Shown here: positions 10,986 to 24,800 of the stretch, in pieces
How positions within the stretch are numbered: the stretch's first letter is position 1
Layout: each line of letters opens with the position of its first letter
Assembly: GCF_963853765.1 (NCBI RefSeq)
Contig: NC_088862.1
Coordinates: 16,430,001-16,494,000 of the forward strand
Length of the DNA stretch: 64,000 nucleotides
Reading direction: 5' to 3'
Origin: Magallana gigas
Lineage: Eukaryota
The notes under the pieces: generated by a model
Told to the model about the DNA's origin: nothing
Databases searched by the model: none
The model's input: only the letters and a program-made list of their open reading frames with translations
Program-made: the position numbers and the translations under genes

Positions 10986-12973
10986 GTGTCACCTTATAAA
11001 TGATTGTACATGCATACTGTTATTTATCCCTTTCATTCGTATTATATATGAAATGGTTCCAAGAAAGGTTTTTAGTTGACCCAATTTAGCAAGAGTATTA
11101 ACACAGATAACATTACATAGTTAAGAAGTATTCCATTTTTAGAGCCTCTTTGAATAAGTTATTGGTATATTTTGGTATATATCTGCCTATCTCGTTGGAA
11201 GTAAATTACTCAAACAGAGTGAAATTATTCACAGTCTCTACTTATGATATGGAAAACCATCTATACAGAAACTAAATTTAATTCAGTTGAAAGTATAGTA
11301 ATGTTGATATTCACATAATACGCACCAATATCAACATGGTGCTTTCAGTCAATAAGAGTAAAAATTGTTTTGGAAGATGTACAGCTTCTCGATTTGCGTT
11401 GGTACTCAACACTGGAAACCAACGTGGACAAGTCAATTTAGTGTCACCTCCATATAGCAATACTAGTATGAAATCCATCCAATTCACAAAAGTAAGCTTT
11501 GTGATTCAGACAACCTTCAGTTACCTCTCGGTCAAATTGCAGTTGACTTTAAGGCAGAACCTCATCATGTTTTTGCTCAATTATACTTTTCCCATAGAGG
11601 CCAATTTACAAATTCTACCATGGTTTGTAAAAACGGGATATTTTAATTTTAAAGTGCATAGTAATGTTTTTTTGTTTTTCACCTCATAGAAGATGTGATT
11701 TCAAACGAATATTTGTTCTTAATTTCGAAGGTGGCAGTTATTTCAAAGTACGATTTTGTGATGGTTGAAAAAAATCTTTTGAAACCTTACCTTGCATGAA
11801 ATGGTTTTTGTATAATTGTTTTGTATAATCGTCGATCAATGTCAAATTGTACAGATTTGACAATCATGAGATTTTATTTGAAGATATAATTAATTTCATC
11901 TCTGAGCATAAATTATAATGTAATTTTTCTGTAAAAAGTTGTCAATTATACTGTACAAGGTAAAACACACAAAGTGAACTTCAGATACTTATCAGGTACT
12001 TTTAAGCAGTTACCACTAAGTCACCTGTCACTTACCTGTCAGCCACCTTCAAGCTGACTGAATGGCAGAGCTTTATCTTCGCGGAGGTGTTAAGGAAGCA
12101 TGTGGGCAATTTAGCGTCTTATTTTGACTGTTAAATTCACAATCATAAGATTGAATAACTGTTTTGAATCAGATCAAAAGCAAAGTATTATCCTTTTTAC
12201 GTACCGGTATGTTCCTTAACATAAAATGAGATAGAACAACACTACCCAGCAGTTTCCAAAATACAATAAACAAACGAAGTGAAGGCAATAAATCTCAGTT
12301 TGATCAAAACCACTGCTAGATACCTCTGTTCTTCTTTATTAAATATTCATTTTTCCGGTTCTCGAAAAACCTTCCCGAATTTTATACAGTTTGCACGTTA
12401 AACGGTATGTTGCATCAAAACAACACAAAACATAGCATTCCAGCAACACTTTTCAACTTAAACATTGATCAACCTATCGATAAGCGTAAAATTGGAAGTT
12501 CAATATATAAGGGGCAGTGTTGTTCTAGTCGGATTTTACATCGTAAACAACGACAAAGGAAAGCCTGGCCGAGAAATAAAAGCAAATTTACATACCTTTT
12601 AGCGAATGATTGATAAAATTAACATCTCTCCCAGCGTTCCTATGTTCAATGCTCAATATATCACACCAAAATACTTTAATAGAGGTCATAGATTACTTAT
12701 ATTTTGAATCTGTTTACAATGTTCTCCGATCAAGTTTAAGTTTCAGATATGATTTGTTCAGCTGAAAAACATTACTAAGGTAAATAAAAAAAACGCATAC
12801 ATTTTTTTTAGCTTTGAAATTTGAAAATGTTGATTTATCTTCATACAGAACTCTTCTTTTTATGAAGATTAATATAATTTAAAAAAAAAAGGCAACGACC
12901 ATCCAGCCCTCTTAAGCAATTACGTATACTTTAGTATGTATATGATATTTTATTTTTACTTATTGGAAAAGAC

Positions 12974-13655
12974 CAGGCTCCAGGATCATGAAACGGTCTT
13001 AAATTTAAGTTAGAACTTGTCTTAAATCTAAGATTTAGACTTAGTTAAGATTGCTTACTTAAGTGGATCACAAAACGATCTAAGAAAAAACTTAACTAAG
13101 ATTTGTCTTAGCTAAACGTCATAGTAACTCGCGCGATTTTACGACAGAATTTGTTAAAAGTGGAAATCTTCTTCGTTTGAAGATTCCTATCGGCTGCATC
13201 GTAAACTTTATCATATATCACAAAGTTTAAAAAATTATATTTAAAAGATGCTTCACACAAATATTAGCATAGTTTCTTACTGGATAACATGTCAGTTATT
13301 ATACAGACGTGTTTACACACTTTCACTTTAACAAAGGGAAATAACTTTAATAGCAAGTCCACAAAGGGGAAAACCTAGACTATAAATAGAAAACCCGAGG
13401 ACGAGGAAGCCGCCTTCTTTGCTGATCATTTCTTCTTAAAAATCCAACGAGTGTCGCCATTTTGAACTTACTTAGTAACAATCTATAAACTTAAGTCTGC
13501 CTAATAGCAGTCTTAAGATTTAAGACAGTATTTCAGACTTAACCCCAAGTCATTTTTTTGTGATCCACTTTAAGAACAATCTTAAAATTTAAGTGCAAAT
13601 TTATTGACTTAAGTCTGACTTAAGATTTAAAACAGTTTCATGATCCCGTAGCCTG
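12974..13655. mobile_element. MITE with about 30-bp TIRs (PIF/Harbinger-like) between the two duplicated units
   Basis: Left CAGGCTCCAGGATCATGAAACGGTCTTAAAT; right end reverse-complemented CAGGCTACGGGATCATGAAACTGTTTTAAAT; many internal CTTAAG motifs; TSD not clear. Confidence 0.7.
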
Positions 13656-16600
13656 ATCCCAGTCATATTGAAACTGTCTTAGAACTTGTAAACTGTATTA
13701 AAGCTTCATTGTTTCCTAAAGGTATACAAAATCAAAAATACAACATTTAATCGGTTTTGCTATAATGTTAATATCAACCTTTAATACATAATTATATGGT
13801 AAATAAAGAGCTTTCATGATCTTTGGAATAAAAATAGTGTTACGTGTCACGTAAATTCAATTACATTTGAAATTTTGTTTTATGTTAAAAAAAAATGAGT
13901 TCACTTTGCAAACATACTGTTATTTTTCCGAGGAAAATGTTTAAATTGCGCCATTTTACCAAGCATATCGCAACAAAATAAGACAGGTTTAACTTTTTTC
14001 AATTCTGAAATGATGAACTTAAATTAGTAACAAGCTTTTTATATTTTCTTGATGACGACGACATTCCACTAGTTCTTTTCAAAATATTCTTACTTTTAAT
14101 AACAGATGAACATCAAATTGAAACAAACACAAATTATATTTATGTATACAGAACATCTCTTTTTGATTGATATGTAATATACACTATAAGTAATATGTAG
14201 TAAAACATCATAACTCCCAATAACTTCAAATTTCGTGAAGTGATCCATGGAAAACTAAGGCATTCTGGACTTTTTTTTTTATATATCTAAACTACCTTAA
14301 ATGCGTCCTTTAAAATCATTTTGAGGCTAAAATTAACCAAGTTATTCCCTCTTGTTAAATGATATTGATATTGAAAATTATTTTCTCAACATGCGTATGG
14401 TAAGTTACGAATTGTATGATATTTTCAAATTGGGGAAAGCCTATGCAACTTTCTTAGATGAGATTTGTCGTAAAATAATTAAACAGATAAGTTTATCTAA
14501 GTATATATTTAGTGAAGTTTAAACAGATAATTTAACCATTTTGTATATATTAAAGAAGAAAGGCTGGTTTAAACAGCAGGATTGCATATATTAAAATAAC
14601 ACTAGCTAGCACAGATGGTTGGTGGTTTTTTTTAATAACTAAAACAGTTAAACCAACAAAGAGATATGTGCCACTCTGTTGTTACCCCGTTGAATGCAGT
14701 GTAATGAATATAAGAAACCCGTAAATTCTAACACTGTAAAGATTCTCAGGTCATTCATTTCCTTTGAAAGAAGGAAATAAAATCTTACATTTGAAAATCA
14801 ATGGGGGGAGGGTGTGCTGATTACAGCACCGCAATAGATCCGCCACTGTCTTGTTAAAAAAAATTAATCCAACTCCTCTGTTTGTTTGAAGAGTGTAGTT
14901 GTTGCTAGCGACAAGAAAATATAACACAAAGATAAACTGTAACAGGACTTTAAATATTCCATTTAAAAAACTTATTTTAGCTTCGTATCCTTCCTTGTCC
15001 ACCTGGGTTTCAAGACAGGTAAGACGTTTTTGTTTGTTGAGTTTAATTATATTTATACATATAAATGCTTGTACTATTATTGTATTTACAATAATCGTCA
15101 GTTATAACTATAGTTTAAGTTAATGTCAGATATGCGTTGGTTTTGTTTTGATAATGATCAATAAGTTTTACCTGTCAAGTCAATGTATTCTGATCTCTAA
15201 CTCTTGGGCACGGCCATTTTAAAATTCAAAGAGAATAATTTTTTTGTTATTAGGCTTGTTTTCCACAGAAACTTCCAAAGATTCACAGAATTTACTTTCG
15301 AAAGGAGGGGACATACGATTGTTTTACAAACATCTCTTGTTAATATGTATTACGGTGCGACCGTTGGGGCGAGCGCAGCATGTGATAAAATAATCAATTA
15401 TGATAAAACAATAAAAATAAAAGTAGCGACGTAAAGTAAATGAATTTGAATGCAGAATAAAATAAGCATGCCTATTTTTTCCAGTAAATTTTCATCATTC
15501 ATAATTCATAAGATTTTGTTATCCATTTATGTATAGAATTTATCATGGATAAATTTAAATGTTGTTGAATAATAAAGATGTTAACATAATGTACATTACA
15601 GTTTATTTCCTCTTTTCTTGCAGCAGACATTTTTCTTAAACTTACATGAAAAATTGACTTATCACAGAGCCCCCCCCCCCCTCCCCCGTTTAAAAAAAAA
15701 TCAAATTTACGTATAAAAAAACTTGCTGATTATATAATGAAAATGGATCCCCCGGGAGCATGTAATAAATGAAAGTGAAAATAAAGATACTATTGTCTGA
15801 GTATTGAGCAGCTAAAGAGCTAAAGGCATACTACGCACTCCCAATTCTTCACCCGGATTAGAATTTTCCTGATTTTGAGAATATTTTTTCTTTTTGCTTG
15901 CGAAGAATTTTTAAATGATGTTGCCACGCCCCCTTTTAGAAAAAATTCCTGGAAATAACCGTAAATATAGTGAATAAAATAAATGTGAGCATTCATCCAA
16001 ATGAGAGCAAGTTATAGTTGTTTCCTATATCTTTAAAGACATGTCCCTATTCGTTAGCTCTGCAAGATTTTGAGAAGATTTTGGTATTTATATTTTAGCA
16101 GTTTTACAATAACTACTTAGAGTAATTTCCCCTTATTGTGACGTCAAAGTTCACGTCGGTCAAGTGTCGTCTGTCTCTTTGAAAACATCCTAAAAGAAAT
16201 AACTCCGCGAAATATACTGTTTTGTTTACTTAAAAGCATTATGTTCTTGAAATTACATAATTTATCAGTTTCTCAAAAGTTTTACTTTGATTCTCGCGAG
16301 ATGGTATCCAGTCTAGTGAGATCGTCCGACATTGAGGAATTGCATTGTGGGTCGAAATTTACTGACTCCGAAAAATTCTGTCGGATCAATGTGTAAGAAA
16401 CCCATTGTGACGTCACTCGAAAGGACGATAACTCTGTTAGTCTTATGTAATGGAATTTGCGTTGTGTCGGCAGTATATTTACAATGCATGTACATAGTCT
16501 TTTATCTTGTTCTCGTGAGAGTGTGAAATGGGAAACCATAATTACAGGGAACTACTGGGACGATTAAAACAAGGCATTACTGGTCCGATTTACTGACACC

Positions 16601-17613
16601 AAAAAAATTCGTTGAATGAATGTGCAAATAGTCCGAATTTTCTATTCACATACGCCTTGCCGGTAGAGCTCGCTGCGCTCGCTATTATTGCTCTTTGTGT
16701 CATTGCACATCAAACATTATATATTTTATAACCCCTTGGATACACCCTGACTTTCTAGAACTGGACATAATAATGTATTTTATCTAATTCATATGTAGTG
16801 TTTGACTCATGCGGGTAATTTGATCCTAGCCTAATGATGAACCTGCTTTGTAAGGAGACTTAACAACTGTCGCGAATACATATAACTTTTTTGTTTATCT
16901 TAGAAATCTAAAAAACAGTTTCCAAAATCTTAATGTGCATCTAGAGAAAAAAATAATCAAGAAATAATTAATAGTTTTCAACTGTACACATGTAAGAATA
17001 AAAGGAGAATCTTGAGCACCAGGTTTGATTTGGGGAGGGGGGTTGAGTTGGATGTGGAGGATTAACACTTAAGCTTAATCATTTATAGTTATCATTTTAA
17101 CTTGAATATTAGTTATAGATCGCCAGGTAGAAAATAGGACTTCTGATCATATCTCAGTAGATCATTTGTCAATTATGCAAGGCGTAATGTGATTTTTTAA
17201 AACACTTTTTACAAGCTTATGAAACTTTTTTGACCCCAAATTATATTGATGTATTTCTTTAGAAAGTACGGGTATAACAAAGTAAAAACAAGCCAGTAAA
17301 ATGATAATTTCTTCCACGGGACCAATCCTGCTCGTTTTTACAGTAATTTGAATTTAACCATAACCAACTAAAAAACATCAACCTCTGAGCAATCAAGTAA
17401 TTTGTATTTATTTATTGTTATGGAAATATAATTTAATTTGCATCATGATATTTCCATATTAATAATTTACCTCACTTGTTTGTTCAGAGGTTGATATTTT
17501 ATGAATGAGTTTATTTATTGTTGAATTGAAATTATTGTAAAACCGGGCTTGGCAACATGATATGAGTAAAGAATTTGAGTTAGTGAAGCTAATTTATTTT
17601 TTCCAATGCCAGT

Positions 17614-20024
17614 ATGGAAGCTACATATCGCAATTGTTCAGTTGATTTGTGTAATGCCATTATGATGGAATTGATATATATATTATAATAATAATAATTA
17701 TAATATAACATATTATAAAGGCTACACTAGACATCTACCTATTTCTCAGCACAATGCTATTATGCTATTGATGGAAAATGAAAAACAGGTGAATTTGGAA
17801 ACCTTATGTAACAATTTTCCATATTATCTGTACAACGCCAACATGCTATTTATGGGAAATGAAGAACATTTTAATATGGAAACTACATGTAACAATTTTC
17901 CTTTTTTTCTCTACATTGCCATTATGCTAATGATGGAAAATGAAAAACAGGTGAATTTGGAAACTTTATGTAACAATTTTCCATTTTTTTCTGCACAAAG
18001 CCAGGATGCTATTGATTGGAAATGAAAAACATAATAATAAGGAAACTACATGTAACAATTTTTCCATTTCTCTGTACAATGCCATGATGCTATTGATGGG
18101 AAAAGAAAAGCACATTAAAATGAGACGAACTGAAATCGGATCTATGACCAACTTTACAATGAGGCATGCGGGGGACATAAATGCCGTATAAATACCGGGA
18201 GCAGAAAGGAAGGTTTTAGGAGATTCTTTTCAGATTTAGACTGTTTCGGCTACTTGACAAAGCATCGTGTTGTGTGGAGTTTAACAGATTTGCATAGTTA
18301 TGATCAAGTTACAGATTCCTTCATTCTTTTGGAACACCACTCAACCATTCCAGGAACGGTTTATCTCAGTTTGAAAGAATCTTTTTCGAAAAATGGTGTC
18401 AAAATCAACAGAATTAAATTGGTTGAAAACTGTATTCAAAGGAACATGTATATTCGGCACTATGGAATAATTCATGGATTATCATTGCGTTTTAAACGTG
18501 ATTTGGCAGTTGGATTTGCATGTGGCCAATGGCCTTTGCAAACAAATGACTTTATGGCAAGATGTAAGAAATTTGGATGGCCCGCGAAAAATACTCTTGA
18601 AAACATGGTGTCGTCTGGATGCTTCTTAGTACCGATTGGCAGCAGGCAGTCACGCCATGACAATGACCCTAACAGTGATATAGAATGGTGTTTGTCGTTT
18701 GTACAGGCGGAACAGATATTAGTACGTGCAATGAACAATTGTCAATTCCTTTGTTACGCATTATTAAAAGTGTTCATTAAGAAAGTTCTAAACAGAAAAG
18801 CAAAAGAAGAGGAGAAACTTCTTTGTTCTTATTACATAAAAACGGCAATGTTTTGGTGCATTCAAACAGATTCTGGGTATAAATGGTCAAAAGAAAACTT
18901 CTTTGAATGCTTCTGGAAATGTTACAAGTTGCTACTGTCTTGGGTGTATGCTGGATACTGTCCGAACATTTTTATTCCACAAAACAATCTGTTTGTGTGC
19001 AAGATTTTAGGAGCTGATCAAGAGAGACTTTTCACGGAAATGTACAATCTGTATTGTTCTGGAAACAGTGCTTGTCTACTATCACACGTTTACAGACGGC
19101 ATTGAAATATGGTGCTAGGCCCAAAATGACTGAATTAATTTTCAATCAAGTACACTTCACGGATCGTCTTATTGCAGAAGCAATTGATGATGTTAACAGC
19201 CTTCAGTGTCAAGACATCATGTATGCGTTGAAAGCATTACCCTTGTACAAAGTTTTGCCCATAGATACCTCCAATTTTGAACAAATTTTAACTACAATGC
19301 ATGTCTTTGATATTTTTCATGACATAGCTTTGTCTAAGCAAAGCAGGTGTCACTGCAAAACAAAATGCAAAAATAACAGACAGATTTTTAAAAAAACATA
19401 AAAAAGTAGGAATTAGACTCCTAAGGCTGACATCAAAGTATGGTCCTGCAACGCACCCTTTATATTTAGCACTATTTTGGTACATTGATGGAAATTACTC
19501 GCATTCACTTGATATTTTGAAAAAAAACTAGTCGTAGACTTTATCAAGATCATGTCTTCTTCTGGGATAATGATTATGTCGAGCAATCTTACACAAGAAA
19601 AATGCAAGGCAAACCTATGTCTGTAAGAATAAAACAAGGTATGGCTTTCTGGGTCTATATTTATTCAAATTCATCATTTTCTGAATTGGATATTGAAATT
19701 GGTTTGCTTAGGAAACAGGGGGTTCCGGCATGTTTAGTCATATCTCCGTTTGTTTTTACGGAGTTCTTAACATTTTTGTGTCACTACAAACTAGAAAGCC
19801 CTAATGCTTATCGTTCCATTCAGACGTTACATTCCTTCCTAAATACAGACATTGACCGATATGTCGGACACGCCAGAGACATCGCTTGGGACATTCTGGG
19901 AATATGTCATCAGCTGTCAGGGAATCTAGGACAGGCTTTAAGCGCATATGAGGAGTCACTAAAGCACAGCAACGATGACAATTTAGCTAAAGCTGTAAAG
20001 GAAAGAATTAAACACTGTAGATGA
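17614..20024 (+). pseudogene. cGAS-like receptor copy 2; catalytic motifs intact but an early stop and at least five frameshifts
   Basis: ATG 17614 is homologous to 8055; an AT-rich expansion gives a stop at about 17686. Frameshifts at T7 17984-17990, 18138-18139, about 19064-19072, A7 19390-19396 and A8 19520-19527. TGSRKEGFRRFFSDLD at 18194-18241; third Asp at 18500-18502 (RDLAVGFACGQWP). Confidence 0.85.
17648..18131 (+). repeat. Coding tandem repeat, 81 bp / 27 aa, five units plus a partial sixth
   Basis: Units start at 17648 (expanded to 100 bp), 17748, 17829, 17910, 17992 and 18073. Confidence 0.9.
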
Positions 20025-21399
20025 TATGCTTCTTATGCATGCGCTGATCTGGAGTTTGGGGTCCCGTTCTTCCCTATTAATGTTAAATATATAACTTTCA
20101 GATTAGCTTTACCTTTAAAAAAAAAAAAGGGCCTTGGATCCTCCTGCTTAAACCAGAATCTGTCAGTCCTCCTCTAGAAAAAAAATTCTAGATCCACGCA
20201 TATTGTTATAAATTAAAATGAGGGCTCAGAGTTTGGAGTTAGTTTGGAGTTAGTTGAGGAACAATTGAATCTGAAAACATGTTGCGAATGTGAAGCTTTT
20301 TACTACTGTAAATTCCTATTATATTCCTATGGTAATAAACGAATATTTAGCACTTTAGTTCGTATGATATACAGAATGGTTCCAGATCTTATAGATGGAC
20401 ACAATATGGTAAAAGTTACCTTCCGTCGGGTATTTAATTTTAATATAAAGGCTCATTGTTATTGTTTTATTGTTTTGATTTTTCCGTTAAATTTCTGCAA
20501 TACTCGTTTTATTGTAGTTTTCCAAATAAAGTGGACCATGCACAGTCTTTACTTATAAAAAACCACATTGAAAACCATTTATACATAAACCAAAGTTGAA
20601 TCAGTTAAAAAGATATGAATGTTGATGTTCATAGGATGCGCACCATGACTATATTGCTGGTTCCAGTCAATGCCAGTAAATATTGCAAGATGTACAGCTT
20701 CTCGGCATGCGTTGGTTTACATCCTCGTAAACCCAATTTACCATTTCTTCCATTTTGCAATATAAAATACATCCTGAACCTCGTCATGTTTTGAGGATTT
20801 ATACTTTGAGATTTACCAATACAACCATAATTTGTGAAATAAGAAGTTTTTTTTAGATGTATAGTAGATATTTTTTGTAAAACTTTATGGAAGAGCATAG
20901 AGACAAATACAAAATAAAAATTTGGCAAAATGTATTTTAATTGTTTGTTCTTAATTCGAAAGGCGGTTTTACCGAAGAATAATTTTGTGATTGTTAAAAA
21001 AATGATGTGAAATACACGTCGTATTATGTAAAGTACATGTATATCAGTGTTAAATATGAGCACAATGCCAAAATCGGATAATGAATAAAAAAATTACACA
21101 ATTCTAGTAGAGATTCCATGAAATTCTAAAATGATCACTTTGGAAATGAAAGGAAGCCTCAGGTAATTATTTTTTGTAAAAATTTCAATCTCGTTTCAAA
21201 ACGTTACCTGCATGAACTGATTTTATATAACTGTTCTTTATAATCGCCAATCTACATATTACATGTCAAATTTTACAAAATAAAAAATGAAATTACAAGG
21301 TCAAAACAGACAGAATGAACAACTGCCATTTAGTCAACTAAATGTTACGTGAAACTGGAAGATTTGACAAAATGACAGAGGTATGCCACTCAGTCAAAA

Positions 21400-21690
21400 T
21401 TACCTGTTAGTTACCTTTCAACTTTCAGTTACCAATCAATGATCTTTCAGTCACATGTTTGGTATCTGTCAATCAACTGTCAGTTACCTTTCAAACACCT
21501 TTCCGTCACATGCCAGTTACCTTTTAGTAACCTGTCAGTTACCTTTCAAACACCTTTCAGTCACATGTCAGTTACCTTTTAGTAACCTGTCTGTTACCTA
21601 TAAGTAACCTTTCAGTCACATGTCAGATACGTATCAGAAACCTTTCAGTCGTCTTTCGGTACCTGTCACTTTAAGTTACCTGTTTCAGTA
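21400..21690. repeat. Minisatellite built from CAGTTACCTTT-like subunits with a 55-bp higher-order unit
   Basis: Near-identical 55-mers start at 21481 and 21536; only a short version exists in unit 1 (about 12010-12050). Confidence 0.75.
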
Positions 21691-21805
21691 ACATCTTAAA
21701 AAATTCTTATTCCTTTTTTCAATTCATTTTATTGGTACAATATCATTAAAATGTGTAAACCTTGCTCCATTATCAATTGCCTTAACAAAGAGACAGTGTG
21801 TCTGT

Positions 21806-24800
21806 CTATATAAACTGTACTCCTCCACGCGTTTTACTGCTATTTTCAGCCTGCACTATTTCGCGGATTTTCACCTGAGAGCTCTGACAGGAAGAAATAA
21901 GCCAGTATGTCGTCATCTCACCCTTTCCCTGTTTCAAGAAAAAAATCAATTATATATTAAAGGGACCTAAACACGATTGCATATGAAAATTTTATTTTTG
22001 ATTTTTATGTATATAATAGGTCTTTTTTTTTGTATTTTGAATGATTCACAAAATTTTGAATGCTAGAAGTCTTGTTACAAGCGAGAACCAGGGGGAAGAA
22101 GTTGTTGGTATGTAAACAAAGCTCGAGTCTTATATTTGTTTACAAATTATGCTAAGTACAGAAATTACAATTTTTTTGACAAAATAATTTGCGAAATTAA
22201 GATAAACCAAATCAATATGTTCATTAATAATGTTATCAACAAAAAAAGCAACATTAAATTTAATTTCATACCAATACAACACATATGTAAACAATAAAAG
22301 AACTCGAGCTTTGTTTACAAAACATAGAATTTGATTCTCTGTAACTTGCTTGTAACTCGATATTTGACTTTCAAATTTTGTCAAAGCATTAAAACATCCA
22401 TATTGAAAATTCTAGACATAAAATTGAAAAAATAAAGTTTGAAAAATTTGAGCTCAAATCGTTTCCAAGTCCCTTTAAAAATACCCCTCATACTTTCTGA
22501 GTTTAAAAAAATTGGGTTTTTTTTCGCGAACATCTAACATTTAAAATGTGTGGGCTTATTGTATCGACAAGGAGAAAATAATACTTTGTTGAAAGCGGCG
22601 TGGAAAATTCTAGGTCGTATTTTTGGGGATAATTGCAGCTTTGCATGTAATTGGCTGAAAGACATAGATTACCTTGACCGTAACAACACCTCTAAGCACT
22701 GTCGTAAATATCCCTGTCTGTTTGATAAGCTTGTACGTGTCTGAGCTCAAATGAATACGTCCGCCTGTGAAAAGAGATCAAAGAAAGAGTTGATGAACCA
22801 AACTTCAGAGTATTGGTTCGATTGCCAGTTAGGACTTACGTTTACCCAACTTTGGATCGCTCGCGAGAATTTTGAAAAGGATCACGATAGCCTCGTTATC
22901 GCTAATGTTTTTCGCCGCGAGCCAGACATCAAAAGTCTCTGGTATTTCTATTCCAGACATTGTGGAATCATTAGAATTCTTAATGGCTAAATTTTCGTGG
23001 CATTCATGGATAGCCCTCTTCCGCGAATTCAAATCCTCCACAAAAGATTTTTGAAAGAAAACGTTTTCTTACTAAAACTGAAACCCGACGCATCCACAAA
23101 ATTACATTCCCACAATTAAGCAAAAAACCCACAATCCACGAAAGGTGACTCCCATGAATTTAAATGATTCCATAGTAATCTACAATTTTGTCGCGAATCA
23201 ATGTCGCCGCAAAATAAAGTTAATTTACAGGACCTTGATCTAACTGGTGAAGATTCTTCCAATATCCTTGATTTACTGAGGACATTCCTAAGAAATTGAG
23301 ATTAATTAATTAATATTGAATACAATAAACCACGGTTATATCGAAGTCCCTGGGATGGGCAATATTACTTCGTTATAAGCGTAATTTGTTATATCCGTCA
23401 AGTTTACAACTTGTTATTAAGTCACGCGGAAATGAAATTCACTTCGCTGTAAGCGTCAATTCATTATAAGCGTATTCGCTATAACCTTGTTTTACTGTAT
23501 ATCCACATTCAGTGTATATTTTTCGTTTCGCCAATAAAGTACTCGTAGCAACCTGGAAATGTTATTACATATAACACTTTTTTGGTCACACGACATGTCC
23601 GTCTTTATGATAAATTGTTTTCCGATAGGTTGTACTAAGATCCCTCTGTAATATGGTCACAGGTCCCGCACCGTGGGTTTCTAAACTTAGTAACCATGTG
23701 TTTGTTTTCAAAATGGGAGGTGCACAATATTCGTATAAATATTAGGCTGACGTCTGCTGTTAATGAGTTTCACATCTTTGTAAATTTTCTTTCGTGGATT
23801 GGCCGTTAATGAGGGTGTTATTTAGTTGATGAATTATTGTAGTTATGTTCTGATTTTTTGGATTAAAGGTATGCATATATGGAATAATATCACTGGTTTT
23901 TTTCCCGATGTTTACTGCCTAATAATTCCGATCTATCGTATTTCTTGGCTTTACGAATTCAATCGCTGATGAGACCTTCGGGATAACATTGTTGTATATT
24001 CAATTTTATCTCAATTTTTTTTTTGATGAATGACTTCCGTAAATCAAACATAATGAAAGAATCGCCACTAATAATGTCGACGTCCTATAAATAATCTTGT
24101 TTTGCGACAACATTGATACGCGACCAAAGTGTAAATTTATAAATTACACATTGTCTTGATGGGATCATTATCCACGGACTTAGGAATACGTGAACCTGTG
24201 ATGTTTATTTAACCCACGAAAAATGAATGCCCACGAATACTGAAACAACCGCAGTTAAGATTAACAATTATTCTCGCTTTCAAGTGATTAACTACATGTA
24301 GCGGTGAGATAAACTCACGCAATGACGTCGGCAGATAATAGAAAAATTAATTTGTTTTCGTAGGCATAATACTTTTTTGTTTAGTCTGTCCCTGGTGCTA
24401 ATTATATTTCTTTGGACTTAAAATAGAATAATACATAGCGTTAAACTAATAAATATGATTTTTAGTATCGTGATATGTTAATATGTTTTTATTACAATAT
24501 ATCACCGAGAACTTAATTTGTTTTCTAAAGCAAAATCGGGTCCTAATGTACCATACCTATTCTGACCAAAGAAATAAATCCCGATTAGAAATTAATAAAA
24601 CCTCATAAAAAGACAAAGAAATGAATTGGCTGAACCCTAAATGTGAATGGCATATATCGACCAGCTATCAAACCATGGACATTAACGCACTTTGATTTAA
24701 GGAGTTGTTTTCTTTAGGGTATATGCATTAGAAGTGGGTTTAAAAAGTAGCACGGGGCGAGAAAAAGAACTGTTTCCAGCGTTATTTTCGCTGAGTGTTC

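Larger units (their letters stand above)
4040..12070 (+). repeat. Segmental duplication unit 1 (cGLR copy 1 plus flanks); boundaries approximate
   Basis: Collinear similarity with 14160-21690 outside the coding region, e.g. CTAGCTAGCACAGATGGTTGGTGG at 4561 and about 14602, GTAAAGATTCTCAGGTCATTCATTTC at about 5941 and about 14737, plus 3' flank blocks at 11715/20946 and 11780/21196. Confidence 0.85.
14160..21690 (+). repeat. Segmental duplication unit 2 (cGLR copy 2 plus flanks); boundaries approximate
   Basis: Collinear with 4040-12070; ends about 40 bp from the NIT-GC polyadenylation signal. Confidence 0.85.

Noticed and set aside
15820-16690. Discrete transposon in the copy 2 intron (AGGCATA...TACGCCT, with a GAGCTCGCTGCGCTCGC hairpin)
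   Set aside because: Repeat-like, but the TIR and TSD are too degenerate to define ends.
17648-18131. CRISPR-like array
   Set aside because: Contiguous in-frame 81-bp coding units with no unique spacers, in a eukaryotic context with no cas genes.
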